This document shows, one piece after another, positions 9,501 through 18,537 of a DNA stretch of 64,000 nucleotides. Numbering within the stretch: position 1 is the first letter of the stretch; each line of letters begins with the position of its first letter. Position numbers and translations under genes: made by a program. The stretch is taken from NCBI GenBank assembly GCA_965207885.1, contig OZ242311.1, positions 864,001 through 928,000 of the forward strand. The letters are read 5' to 3'. The notes beneath the pieces are model-generated. The model ran no database searches, had not been told where the DNA came from, and worked only from the letters and a program-made list of their open reading frames with translations. This stretch comes from Candidatus Latescibacterota bacterium. Its GTDB lineage: Bacteria; Latescibacterota; UBA2968.

Positions 9501-12193
9501 ATGACCCAATCCGCGGTTTTGATCACGTCCAGATTGTGTTCGATAACCACCACTGTATTGCCCATATCCACGAGCCGATGCAATACATTTAAAAGATTCT
9601 GGATATCGGCAAAATGCAGGCCCGTCGTGGGCTCGTCCAGGATGTACAGGGTTTTGCCCGTGCTTCTGCGGCACAGTTCTTTTGACAGCTTGACCCGTTG
9701 TGCTTCGCCGCCGGAGAGCGTTGGCGCGGGCTGGCCCAATTTGACGTAGCCCATTCCCACATCGACCAGGGTTTGGAGGATGCGGTGAATGCCGGGGATT
9801 GCCTGAAAAAACAGATGCGCTTCTTCGACTTCCATTGCCAGCACATCGGCAATGGATTTGCCCTTGTACTTCACGTCCAGGGTTTCGCGATTAAAACGCC
9901 GCCCCTCACACACGGGACACGTTACCCACACATCGGCGAGGAAGTCCATTTCGACGAGGTTTGCGCCATTGCCCTTACACGCCTCGCATCGCCCGCCCTT
10001 TACGTTGAAACTGAAGCGTCCGGGTTTATAGCCCCGTACTTTTGACTCGGGCAATTCGGCAAATAATTTTCGAATGGGATCAAATACACCCGTGTATGTC
10101 GCCGCGTTGCTGCGCGGGGTGCGTCCAATGGGCTGCTGGTTGATCTCGATGACTTTGTCCAGGAGGTCTGTGCCTTCGATGCAGCGGTGTGCGCCTATTT
10201 CCGTTTCTGCGCGGTTTAGTTTTCGCGCGAGGGCGGGATAGAGGATGTCGGCGATTAGCGACGATTTTCCCGATCCGGACACGCCCGTGACACAGGTAAA
10301 TACGCCGACGGGAATTTTTGCGTCGATATTTTTGAGGTTATTTTGAGATGCGCCCCGAATCCATAAGTTGCGATGCGATACGGGCCGCCTTTCGGGTACT
10401 GCTATTTTCTCTTTTCCCGAGAGATAAGCTCCTGTCACCGAGCGGGTTCTTCTCGCTACCTGTTTCCACGATCCTTCGGCGACTATTCGACCACCGAGGT
10501 GCCCTGGCCCCGGACCAAAATCCACCACCCGGTCCGCGCGACGCATTGTGTCTTCGTCGTGTTCGACGACGATTACGGTATTGCCCACGTCCCGCAGGCG
10601 GCACAGGGCGTTGAGTAACCGCCGATTGTCGCGGTGGTGCAGGCCTATTGACGGTTCGTCCAGCACATAGGTTACGCCTACCAATCCAGACCCAATCTGG
10701 CTGGCGAGGCGAATGCGTTGCGCCTCGCCGCCCGATAGCGTGGGTGCCGTGCGATTGAGTGTGAGATAGTCGAGACCCACATCGAGAAGAAATTTCAATC
10801 GTCCGCGAATTTCTTTCAGGGCATCTTCGGCAATCCGCGCCTGAATCTCGGTCAATTTGAGGTTCTGAAAAAAGGCGTGTGCGCGATCGACGGTCATTGC
10901 CGTGACATCGGGCAGGGTGTGTCCTTCGATTTTGACGGAGAGGGCTTCGGGTTTCAAGCGGGTGCCCTCGCAGGCGGGACATATACCCACGCGCATGAAT
11001 GGTGCGAGACGTTTGCGTACTATGGTGCTCTGCCCTTCGGCAAATTGCCGCTCCATTGGGGGCAGGATGCCTTCAAACCCATCGCGATGGCGTTTTATGC
11101 TGCCGTTGCTGCGGCGCCATTCAAAGGTCATTTTGCCGTCTATGCCGTATAATAATGCTTGTTGGCCCTCTGGTGAGATGCGCTTATAGGGCGTTTGCAA
11201 ATCTGCGCCATGGCGTTTCAAAACGCCTGCGTAATAGTGAGATTTCCACCGATTTTTGGGTACGCCCAGTGGCGCGATTGCGCCTTCCATTACAGATAAT
11301 TCGGGATTGGGGACGACTTTTGCCAGGTCCATTGCATAGCGCGTGCCCAATCCGCGGCAGCCGGGGCACATGCCCTGCGGGCTGTTGAATGAGAATAGTT
11401 GCGGTACAGGTTCCTGCGCGCTGCGTCCACAGGTGGGACAGGAAAAGTGCGTGCTCAGCAGCAGATCATCCTCGCCTTCTGCGCTGACGATTATCGCCCC
11501 TTTGCCCATTATGAGGCCGGCATCGACGGCTTCGCCAATGCGTCCTCGCATTGTTTTTTTTGCGATAACCCGATCGATCACGACTTCGATATCGTGTCTT
11601 TTGTAGCGCTCCAAATTCGGGGTCTGGGTCAATGTTGTGATCTGTCCATCCACGCGTGCGCGGATATATCCCTCTTTTTGCAAATTTTCAAACAGGTCGT
11701 GATACTCTCCTTTTCGCCCCTGTACGAGAGAAGAGAGTATGTGAATGCGCGTGCCTTCACCCAGCGCCATAATTCGATCCACAATGCCGTCGCGCGTTTG
11801 CGCCCCAATTGGCGTATTGTCATGTGCGCAATGGGGGGTGCCAATTCGCGCAAATAACACGCGCAAATAGTCGTAGATTTCGGTTATTGTGCCCACGGTT
11901 GAGCGGGGGTTGCGTCCTGCGGTTTTTTGTTCGATGGAAATCGTTGGCGATAATCCCGTGATTTGATCGACTTCGGGTTTTTCCATTTGTCCCAAAAATT
12001 GACGCGCATACGCCGATAGGGATTCCACATAACGCCGCTGGCCTTCGGCATAGATGGTATCAAAAGCCATTGACGACTTGCCCGAACCGGATACGCCGGT
12101 AAAACATATTAGCGCGTGTCGGGGCAATGTCAGGTCTATATTTTGCAAGTTGTGTACTCGCGCACCTTTTACGACGATGCTTTTTGTTTCCAT
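6545..12193 (-). CDS. uvrA: Excinuclease ABC subunit A, tandem double-length form (1882 aa)
   Basis: Four GVSGSGKSS Walker A motifs and four LSGGEAQR signatures. EGQRRYVESLSAYARQFL occurs twice. The second half starts near 9330. Confidence 0.95.
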   Translation of the reverse strand: METKSIVVKGARVHNLQNIDLTLPRHALICFTGVSGSGKSSMAFDTIYAEGQRRYVESLSAYARQFLGQMEKPEVDQITGLSPTISIEQKTAGRNPRSTVGTITEIYDYLRVLFARIGTPHCAHDNTPIGAQTRDGIVDRIMALGEGTRIHILSSLVQGRKGEYHDLFENLQKEGYIRARVDGQITTLTQTPNLERYKRHDIEVVIDRVIAKKTMRGRIGEAVDAGLIMGKGAIIVSAEGEDDLLLSTHFSCPTCGRSAQEPVPQLFSFNSPQGMCPGCRGLGTRYAMDLAKVVPNPELSVMEGAIAPLGVPKNRWKSHYYAGVLKRHGADLQTPYKRISPEGQQALLYGIDGKMTFEWRRSNGSIKRHRDGFEGILPPMERQFAEGQSTIVRKRLAPFMRVGICPACEGTRLKPEALSVKIEGHTLPDVTAMTVDRAHAFFQNLKLTEIQARIAEDALKEIRGRLKFLLDVGLDYLTLNRTAPTLSGGEAQRIRLASQIGSGLVGVTYVLDEPSIGLHHRDNRRLLNALCRLRDVGNTVIVVEHDEDTMRRADRVVDFGPGPGHLGGRIVAEGSWKQVARRTRSVTGAYLSGKEKIAVPERRPVSHRNLWIRGASQNNLKNIDAKIPVGVFTCVTGVSGSGKSSLIADILYPALARKLNRAETEIGAHRCIEGTDLLDKVIEINQQPIGRTPRSNAATYTGVFDPIRKLFAELPESKVRGYKPGRFSFNVKGGRCEACKGNGANLVEMDFLADVWVTCPVCEGRRFNRETLDVKYKGKSIADVLAMEVEEAHLFFQAIPGIHRILQTLVDVGMGYVKLGQPAPTLSGGEAQRVKLSKELCRRSTGKTLYILDEPTTGLHFADIQNLLNVLHRLVDMGNTVVVIEHNLDVIKTADWVIDLGPEGGEDGGQIIAEGTPEHLTQSPNSHTGRALDEVLSRTPPAPEKNGKRIANGQVRTIDVVGARENNLQNVDVSIPREKMTVISGVSGSGKSSLTLDTIYAEGQRRYVESLSAYARQFLGQMPKPKVDRVVGLSPAIAIEQKAASKNPRSTVGTITEVYDYLRALYALLGDTYCPDCDVLAGSQSVREIVTRVLKMKRRLYLLAPVELGKGEDYTSLINRFRRKGYLRGRLNGAVFNLSNPPEIDYRQTHRLEILIDRVIAEKKNRKRIADSIEIALDISEGTLIVASPDDSEETRFSQHLSCPSCGRSFETITPQHLSFNSSEGWCLSCEGLGTQRGMGIHTLIPDIHKSLSEGAVLAWGKVEPHTQIGDMLSAVGKAAGFDLHTPFARISAEGQHAILYGLGTQWLKTSKNLSFQFKGLFPTIETLVRQAPRFRRLMGDFIQDVPCPSCKGTRLKPESTAIKLFGKTMPQLVAMPIREVRTYFDTMILEGQAREAAAEVLHEIQSRLRFLDEVGLGYLNLGRRAPTLSGGEAQRIRLASQIGSGLTGVLYVLDEPTIGLHQRDNHQLLAALAQLRDLGNSLLIVEHDRETLNRADHILDFGPGAGVEGGRIVAAGNPRKLKTDNGSITAHYLAGDLQIEVPDERRNPERGSLCVVGARHNNLKNVDVSFPLGTLTCVTGVSGSGKSSLVNDVLFGALAARVNRAQKAWGEHDDVLGLERIDKVINIDQTPIGYSPRSNPATYVKVFDKIRTLYASLPDAQVRGFKTGHFSFNHKRGRCDACAGLGARRIEMHFLPDVWVTCETCGGKRYNRDVIDITYKGASIADVLEMTVAEALSHFTHIPGIQRSLQTLFDVGLGYIKMGQASTTLSGGEAQRVKLARELARPSTGKTVYILDEPTTGLHFADIQKLLDVLNRLVNAGNTAIVIEHNLDVIKTADWVIDLGPEGGEDGGDLIACGTPEDVVSVTASHTGRFLKDALKE

Positions 12194-12369
12194 AAGACTC
12201 CTAATTTTTAATTTTTAATTTGTTTGCATTGCAATATACTATACACACGTTCACCAATCAAGAGAGAACTCACCGGGTGATTGTAATGAGGGAAAATCCT
12301 TGTCATTGGGCTTCTTTCGCTTTATACTTTCGAGTGCCAATATTTGCCCTACTACGCACGGGGGACAGT

Positions 12370-13107
12370 ATGACAAAAATTTTGACTATTGACAGTGAAG
12401 AAGCCGCTGTAAACCGGATTGTCAAAATTCTCGAATCCAATGATTATCAGGCACAGAGCGCGACAACGTGGACCGAAGCGGTTGACGCAATCGCGCAAGG
12501 ACAACCCGATCTGGTGTTGCTCAATCTCGAGATGCCGATTGTTCACGGCGATGTGTTGATCGAATTTATTCGCGAAGAAGGCTTTGAAATGCCGGTGATT
12601 GTGGTGTCGTTTCCCGTTGAGGAAGCAGAAACCACAGCACTCCTGGAACAGGGTGTTTACAGCATTGTTGAAAAACCATTTGAAGACAAGACGCTTATCG
12701 AAAAAATAGAGCATGTGCTCGACATAGCCAAATTAGAGGAAGATATCGAAGCGGATACACCAGCAGACGCCGAAGAGACCGAATTAGAGGAAGATATCGA
12801 AACGGATACATCAGCAGACGCCGAAGAGACCGAGGAGGGAGAGAAAGTATCGGAGGAAAGTACTGAAGAAGCAGAAGACGAGGAAGTACAATCGGAAGCG
12901 TCCTCTGATGATGAAGATAAATCAGAACCTTTCCTCAAGCAACCGCGCGATCTGAGAACTTCGTCGCCCACTAAGATGAGCAAGCGCAAAAAGACGATCA
13001 TGTTCACCATAATTGGGATCTATATTCTTATCGGAGGCTTTATTGTTGCTATGTATTTTACAGACGAAGTCCCGGCATTTGTAGATCAGATACTCAGGAA
13101 CTGGTAG
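12370..13107 (+). CDS. Atypical receiver-domain protein with acidic linker and C-terminal TM anchor
   Basis: KILTIDSE...PDLVLLNLEMP...VEKPF receiver fold, then a long E/D-rich stretch, then KRKK and a hydrophobic helix. GGGG RBS before ATG 12370. Confidence 0.8.
   Translation: MTKILTIDSEEAAVNRIVKILESNDYQAQSATTWTEAVDAIAQGQPDLVLLNLEMPIVHGDVLIEFIREEGFEMPVIVVSFPVEEAETTALLEQGVYSIVEKPFEDKTLIEKIEHVLDIAKLEEDIEADTPADAEETELEEDIETDTSADAEETEEGEKVSEESTEEAEDEEVQSEASSDDEDKSEPFLKQPRDLRTSSPTKMSKRKKTIMFTIIGIYILIGGFIVAMYFTDEVPAFVDQILRNW
12731..12832 (+). repeat. 51-bp in-frame tandem duplication
   Basis: Two copies start at 12731 and 12782, encoding LEEDIEADTPADAEETE and LEEDIETDTSADAEETE. Confidence 0.9.
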
Positions 13108-13120
13108 AAAGGAGTTTTCA

Positions 13121-14143
13121 ATGGGATTAAATGTCGCCGTGGTCGGTTTGGGGGGTATTGGCAACCGACACGCCACTATTTATAATGGTCACGACCAATG
13201 CAATCTGGTTGCTGTTTGCGATATAGACCAAAAACGCGCAGACGCCGCTGCGTCGCAATACGGTGCCAGGGCATTTTACACTGTGCGAGATATGCTGGAC
13301 GCAGGCCTGGATATCACTGTGGCAAGCGTTGCGACTGCCGGTCATGAAAATGGTGGCGACCACTACAAACCCACGATGGAACTCCTGGAAGCAGGTGTCC
13401 ATGTACTCGGCGAAAAACCCATTTCTAACAATATCGACGAAGCAAAAGAGATGGTCGCCAAAGCGAGAGAGAAAAATCTGCGCTACGGCATTGACCTCAA
13501 CCACCGGTTTACGCCTGCTGCTACACGCGCCAAAGAATGGGTTGATCAGGGTCGCCTGGGCGAGATCAATATCATCAATATGACCATGTGGATCAATAAC
13601 CCCCGAGAAACGTCGCCGTGGTTCCACATTCGCGCCCTGCACCCGCACTCTATTGACGTTATGCGCTACTTTTGTGGCGATATTGAAAAGGTGAGTGCCT
13701 TTTTTAAGCGCGGCGTAGATAACGATGGCAATCGCCGCGTGTGCTGGTCGAATATGCAACTCAATATGCGCTTTACAGACGGTACGGTGGGCAATCTCAC
13801 CGGAAGTTATGACGCCACGGGGCCGGGTGGTTCTTATGGTCTTGAACGTCTCGAGGTGGTGGGGTCAGACGCCCGCTTTGTGCTCGAAGAAGCCTGTGAA
13901 CGCCTGCATTTTCACCCCCGCCGCTCAATGGAACTCGAACGCTATGACTATATCGGCGGTATGATGGGGTTCAACGAGACATTTCAAAGCCGCATTGGGC
14001 GGTGGATAGAGCAAAATCTCGAAAACGCATCTCCCGAAGATATCGAGGGTTCGGGTGAAGAAGCACTCAAAGCACAGATGGTTATTGAAGCTGCGATAAG
14101 ATCGTGGGAGACGGATGCGGTCGTTGCTGTTAAAGATGTGTGA
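13121..14143 (+). CDS. Gfo/Idh/MocA family oxidoreductase
   Basis: VVGLGGIG Rossmann motif, HVLGEKP, NHRF, HSID. Confidence 0.9.
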   Translation: MGLNVAVVGLGGIGNRHATIYNGHDQCNLVAVCDIDQKRADAAASQYGARAFYTVRDMLDAGLDITVASVATAGHENGGDHYKPTMELLEAGVHVLGEKPISNNIDEAKEMVAKAREKNLRYGIDLNHRFTPAATRAKEWVDQGRLGEINIINMTMWINNPRETSPWFHIRALHPHSIDVMRYFCGDIEKVSAFFKRGVDNDGNRRVCWSNMQLNMRFTDGTVGNLTGSYDATGPGGSYGLERLEVVGSDARFVLEEACERLHFHPRRSMELERYDYIGGMMGFNETFQSRIGRWIEQNLENASPEDIEGSGEEALKAQMVIEAAIRSWETDAVVAVKDV

Positions 14144-14178
14144 AATTCAGGAGACAGATAACAGGAGATAAAAACCCT

Positions 14179-16722
14179 GTGAAACCAATTTCTACTTTTG
14201 TGGTCAAACCTTCGCTTCCCAAAGCGCTTCAGGGCCTCGAAGCACTGGCTTATAATCTGCGCTGGGCCTGGGATCCCGATACGATGGATCTCTTTCGACG
14301 CATTGATCCCATTCTCTGGGAAACAGTTTATCACAATCCAGTGCGCCTGCTCAATGACATCAGCCAGGAACGCCTGAATCAACTCTCTGAAAATCCGGGA
14401 TTCATGGCGCATTTTAAGCGGGTGTCTGAGTCTTTCCGCGCGTTTATGGATGGGGAGACCTATTTTCACTCTGCCCATGGCAAAACAACGTCCGATATTC
14501 AAATCGCCTATTTCTCTGCGGAGTTTGGTCTCACCGAGGGTCTGCCGATCTATTCGGGTGGTCTGGGTGTGTTGGCTGGGGATCACCTCAAGTCTGCGAG
14601 TACACTGGGGTTGCCTTTTGCTGCGGTGGGTCTGCTGTATCAACACGGCTATTTCAATCAGTATCTCACAAATGACGGTTGGCAGCAAGAAGAATATACC
14701 GAAAATGACTATTACGCGCTGCCCGTCCAGATTGTTCGCGATGAACACGGGCGAGATATTACCATTACTCTCGCGTTTCCCGAGGCAGAAGCGCGGGTGC
14801 GAATATGGAAAGTGCAGGTTGGGCGCATTCCCCTGTACTTGCTCGATACCAATTTGATGGAAAATCCGCCGTCTATCCGCGAAATTACGGCGCAACTTTA
14901 CGGTGGGGATAGCGAAACGCGCATTCGGCAGGAAATTTTGCTGGGTATTGGCGGCGTGCGCGCGCTCAACGCATTGGGTCTGCAGCCCACCGTATGCCAC
15001 ATGAATGAAGGGCATTCGGCTTTTTTGGGGCTGGAGCGCATCCGGCAGGCGATGCACGACGATGGTGCTACATTTGATCAGGCCGCAGAGTACACATCAG
15101 CAGGTCACGTTTTTACGACCCATACCCCCGTTCCAGCCGGGCACGATGTTTTTCCCGTTTCTCTGATCGAAAAATACTTCAGGTCCTATGCGCATGAACT
15201 CGGTCTTTCCATGTCCGCGTTTCTCGCTTTGGGACAGGGCGGTCCCCAAAGAGCTGGCGATGGTTTTAACATGACTGTGCTCGCGTTCAGGCTGTCGTCC
15301 TATCGCAATGGCGTCAGCAAACTCCACGGCGAGGTCTCGCGCAATATGTGGCAATCGCTGTGGCCCGGGTTGCCGAAGAATGAAATCCCCATTGAGTCTA
15401 TTACCAATGGCGTTCACATTGCTTCCCATATTTCGCAACAAATGCGCGCCCTTGAAGACAATTACATGGGGCCTCGGCGCCTGGAGGAACCTCACGATCA
15501 GAGTGTGTGGGAGACGATAGACCACATCCCGCCCGAAGAACTCTGGCGCGTCCACGAGCGCAGAAGAGAACGCCTCGTTGCATTTGCCCGTCAACGCCTC
15601 AGAAAGCAGTTGCAGCGAGAAACTGCGTCGTCAATCGATATGGCGCGTGCCGACGAAGTCCTGACTGCCGATGCGCTTACGATTGGTTTTGCCAGGCGTT
15701 TTGCAACGTATAAACGCGCGACGCTCTTGTTTCACGATCTCGAAAGGCTCACGCGCATCCTGTGCAATGAGGAACGTCCCGTTCAGGTTATTTTTGCGGG
15801 CAAAGCGCACCCTCAAGACCACGCGGGGAAGGAATTTATCCAGGAAATTTTCAGTCTCACGCAGCGCGAGTATCTCCATCGCCGTCTGGTTTTTATCGAA
15901 AATTACGATATGTGTGTGGCGCGTTATCTCGTGCAAGGGGTCGATATCTGGCTGAATACGCCGATGAGACCCCAGGAAGCGAGCGGTACCAGTGGCATGA
16001 AAGCCGTTGCCAATGGCGCGCTAAATCTCAGTGTGCTCGATGGCTGGTGGGCAGAAGCCTATCAACCGGAATTGGGCTGGGAGATCGGACACGGCAAAGA
16101 ATACGACGATCCGGCGTATCAAAACCAGATTGAAGCGCGGGCAATTTACAATATTCTCGAGAAAGAAGCTGTGCCGCTTTTTTACACTCGCGGTGTGGAT
16201 GGGTTGCCCAGAGGATGGATCGCCCGGATGAAAAACGCCATGCGCGTGTTGTGTCCAAAGTTCAATACCCATCGCATGGTGCAGGAATACACCGAGCGGT
16301 TCTACTTGAAGGCGCATGCGCGATCGAGAGATCTTTCGGATGACAATGGCGCGAGAGCCAGAGCACTGGCTGAATGGAAAGATAGAGTTCGCCATGGGTG
16401 GAAGGATGTGGCGATCCGTTCTGTAACGTCGAGCCAGATGCAAACATCGCATGTGGGCGATAAGATCGAAATTCGCGCAGATGTCGCGCTGGGCGACTTG
16501 ACCGTAGAGGATGCGGCTGTCGAGATTTTTCACGGGCAGGTCGGCACAGAGGGGCAAATTGTCCAGGGTGAGTCGCTGCCGATGGTGCTTGTGGATCCCC
16601 ATACTTTTGTGGGGCACCTGCCTTTGCAAAAAAGCGGCCGATGGGGCTATACGGTTCGCATCCGCCCGCACCACGAGGACCTCAATTCGATATGTGATAC
16701 CGGGTTAATTACTTGGGCGTGA
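14179..16722 (+). CDS. glgP: Alpha-glucan (glycogen) phosphorylase
   Basis: AYFSAEFG...YSGGLGVLAGDH, HMNEGH, ARRFATYKR, EASGTSGMK (PLP lysine). GTG 14179 follows AGGAGA. Confidence 0.95.
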   Translation: MKPISTFVVKPSLPKALQGLEALAYNLRWAWDPDTMDLFRRIDPILWETVYHNPVRLLNDISQERLNQLSENPGFMAHFKRVSESFRAFMDGETYFHSAHGKTTSDIQIAYFSAEFGLTEGLPIYSGGLGVLAGDHLKSASTLGLPFAAVGLLYQHGYFNQYLTNDGWQQEEYTENDYYALPVQIVRDEHGRDITITLAFPEAEARVRIWKVQVGRIPLYLLDTNLMENPPSIREITAQLYGGDSETRIRQEILLGIGGVRALNALGLQPTVCHMNEGHSAFLGLERIRQAMHDDGATFDQAAEYTSAGHVFTTHTPVPAGHDVFPVSLIEKYFRSYAHELGLSMSAFLALGQGGPQRAGDGFNMTVLAFRLSSYRNGVSKLHGEVSRNMWQSLWPGLPKNEIPIESITNGVHIASHISQQMRALEDNYMGPRRLEEPHDQSVWETIDHIPPEELWRVHERRRERLVAFARQRLRKQLQRETASSIDMARADEVLTADALTIGFARRFATYKRATLLFHDLERLTRILCNEERPVQVIFAGKAHPQDHAGKEFIQEIFSLTQREYLHRRLVFIENYDMCVARYLVQGVDIWLNTPMRPQEASGTSGMKAVANGALNLSVLDGWWAEAYQPELGWEIGHGKEYDDPAYQNQIEARAIYNILEKEAVPLFYTRGVDGLPRGWIARMKNAMRVLCPKFNTHRMVQEYTERFYLKAHARSRDLSDDNGARARALAEWKDRVRHGWKDVAIRSVTSSQMQTSHVGDKIEIRADVALGDLTVEDAAVEIFHGQVGTEGQIVQGESLPMVLVDPHTFVGHLPLQKSGRWGYTVRIRPHHEDLNSICDTGLITWA

Positions 16723-16726
16723 TACT

Positions 16727-18460
16727 ATGACCAATCTCTCCCCAAAATCCCTCGCAGATGATCCCACCTTTGACGCATTTCTCCAGCATGCTCTTCAAAG
16801 TCGTTCCGATCACAATGTAGAACTCTTGACCCGCGCCTTTCATTTTGCCAAAAAGGCACATCAGGATCATTTTCGCAAGTCGGGCCAGCCGTATATTGTT
16901 CACGCGCTTGAGGTTGGGCGCATTCTTATCGATCTCAATCAGGATACTGCAACTCTGGTGGCTGGTGTTTTGCACGATACCATAGCGCACGGCACAGCAA
17001 CCCACGCACAAATCGCGCGTCATTTTGGTTCTCATATTGCCGATCTGGTTGACGGTGTGACCCGGATCAAAGATCTGACCTTCCAATCGCAAGAGGCCGA
17101 ACAAGCTGAGAATTTCCGCAAGATGTTTCTTTCTTTGATCAATGACTTGCGCGTTGTTCTCATTAAGTTTTGCGAGCGTCTGCACAATATGCGTACGCTG
17201 GATCCCCTGCCTCCTGAAACGCGCGAGCGCATGGCGCGCGAGAGTCTGGATATTTACGCGCCTCTGGCGCACCGTCTGGGGATTGCGCGCATTCGTTGGG
17301 AGCTTGAAGACCTGGCTCTCAAGTGGCTCGAACCCGAAGCCTATCGCGCGATTAGCAAAAAGATCCGTCTTAAGAGACGAGAACGCGAGGCCTATATCGA
17401 AGAGATGCGCGTACCGCTGCAAAAAATACTCAAGGAAGCAAATATTCGAGGGGAGATTGCGGGACGTCCCAAGAATTTCTTCAGTATTCACCAGAAGATG
17501 CAGACGCGGAGCAAAGCTTTTGAAGATATCTACGATTTGTTAGCTATTCGCATACTGGTCGATACGGTTCAGGAATGTTATCACGTTCTGGGTATGATTC
17601 ACTCGCTCTATACACCGGTTATGCCCCGGTTTAAGGATTTTATCGCAACGCCCAAGAGCAATATGTATCAATCTTTGCACACGACGGTGATAGGCCCGCG
17701 CGGGTTGATGATCGAGGTGCAGATACGCACCCACGAGATGCACCAAACAGCAGAAGAGGGTATTGCAGCACACTGGTTGTATAAAGAGGGGTCTCCAGAA
17801 AGGTCGGAACTCGATCAGCACATAGATGGGCTTCGCAATATGCTCGAGTGGCAAGGGGAGGCATCAGATCCTCAAGAAATTATCGAAGAACTCAAGGTCG
17901 ATCTTTTTTCAAATGAGATTTATGTTTTTACACCCCAGGGCGATTTGATACAACTTCCCGATGAGGCCACACCCGTCGATTTTGCCTTTGCAGTGCATAC
18001 CGAAATTGGCAATCGCTGCGTGGGCGCCCGCATTGACAGCCAGATGGTGTCACTTTCTACGCCGCTTGAAACAGGGCAGACGGTTGAGATTATTACGTCG
18101 CCGCACCAGCGTCCACACCGCGATTGGCTCGGTTTTGTCAAGAGTGCCAAAGCGCGAAGTTGTATTCGACGGGTTCTGCGTGAAGAGGCTTTTAATCAGA
18201 CGGAGACTTTTACTGCTACCATCCAGGTCACGGGTAGGGATCGCACCAATTTGTTATCCGATATGACGCAGGTTATGTCCAATCTCGGTGTTCCCATTGT
18301 GGGTGCCAGTATCGAGACCCATCGCGAGGAATTTAACAACCAGTTCCAGGTGGAGATCAAAGACGCCGATCACCTCGAAGAACTTCTGCAAAATCTCCGC
18401 AGGATTCCCAATGTCACGTCTGCTTATCGTCTCGAAGCCCCTCCGGAGGGTTCGTCTTGA
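16727..18460 (+). CDS. rel: RelA/SpoT homolog, short form (HD*-SYNTH-TGS-ACT, 577 aa)
   Basis: IYAPLAHRLG, RFKDFIATPKSNMYQSLHT, EVQIRT, GIAAHWLYK, TGS (VFTPQG...DFAFAVHT) and ACT. Confidence 0.9.
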   Translation: MTNLSPKSLADDPTFDAFLQHALQSRSDHNVELLTRAFHFAKKAHQDHFRKSGQPYIVHALEVGRILIDLNQDTATLVAGVLHDTIAHGTATHAQIARHFGSHIADLVDGVTRIKDLTFQSQEAEQAENFRKMFLSLINDLRVVLIKFCERLHNMRTLDPLPPETRERMARESLDIYAPLAHRLGIARIRWELEDLALKWLEPEAYRAISKKIRLKRREREAYIEEMRVPLQKILKEANIRGEIAGRPKNFFSIHQKMQTRSKAFEDIYDLLAIRILVDTVQECYHVLGMIHSLYTPVMPRFKDFIATPKSNMYQSLHTTVIGPRGLMIEVQIRTHEMHQTAEEGIAAHWLYKEGSPERSELDQHIDGLRNMLEWQGEASDPQEIIEELKVDLFSNEIYVFTPQGDLIQLPDEATPVDFAFAVHTEIGNRCVGARIDSQMVSLSTPLETGQTVEIITSPHQRPHRDWLGFVKSAKARSCIRRVLREEAFNQTETFTATIQVTGRDRTNLLSDMTQVMSNLGVPIVGASIETHREEFNNQFQVEIKDADHLEELLQNLRRIPNVTSAYRLEAPPEGSS

Positions 18461-18479
18461 GTGGTGGACTGGGGAAAAT

Positions 18480-18509
18480 AAAAGCCGACGTGCAGACGTC
18501 GGCTTTTTT
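18480..18509. terminator. Bidirectional intrinsic terminator
   Basis: AAAAGCCGACGT-gcag-ACGTCGGCTTTTTT between the convergent rel and Cys-rich genes. Confidence 0.85.
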
Positions 18510-18537
18510 AGTTTGGACTTGCTTTGCATATAATCGT

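Noticed and set aside
12194-12369. LexA/SOS box upstream of uvrA
   Set aside because: GTTC and GAAC are present but not in a spacing I recognise as a known LexA box.
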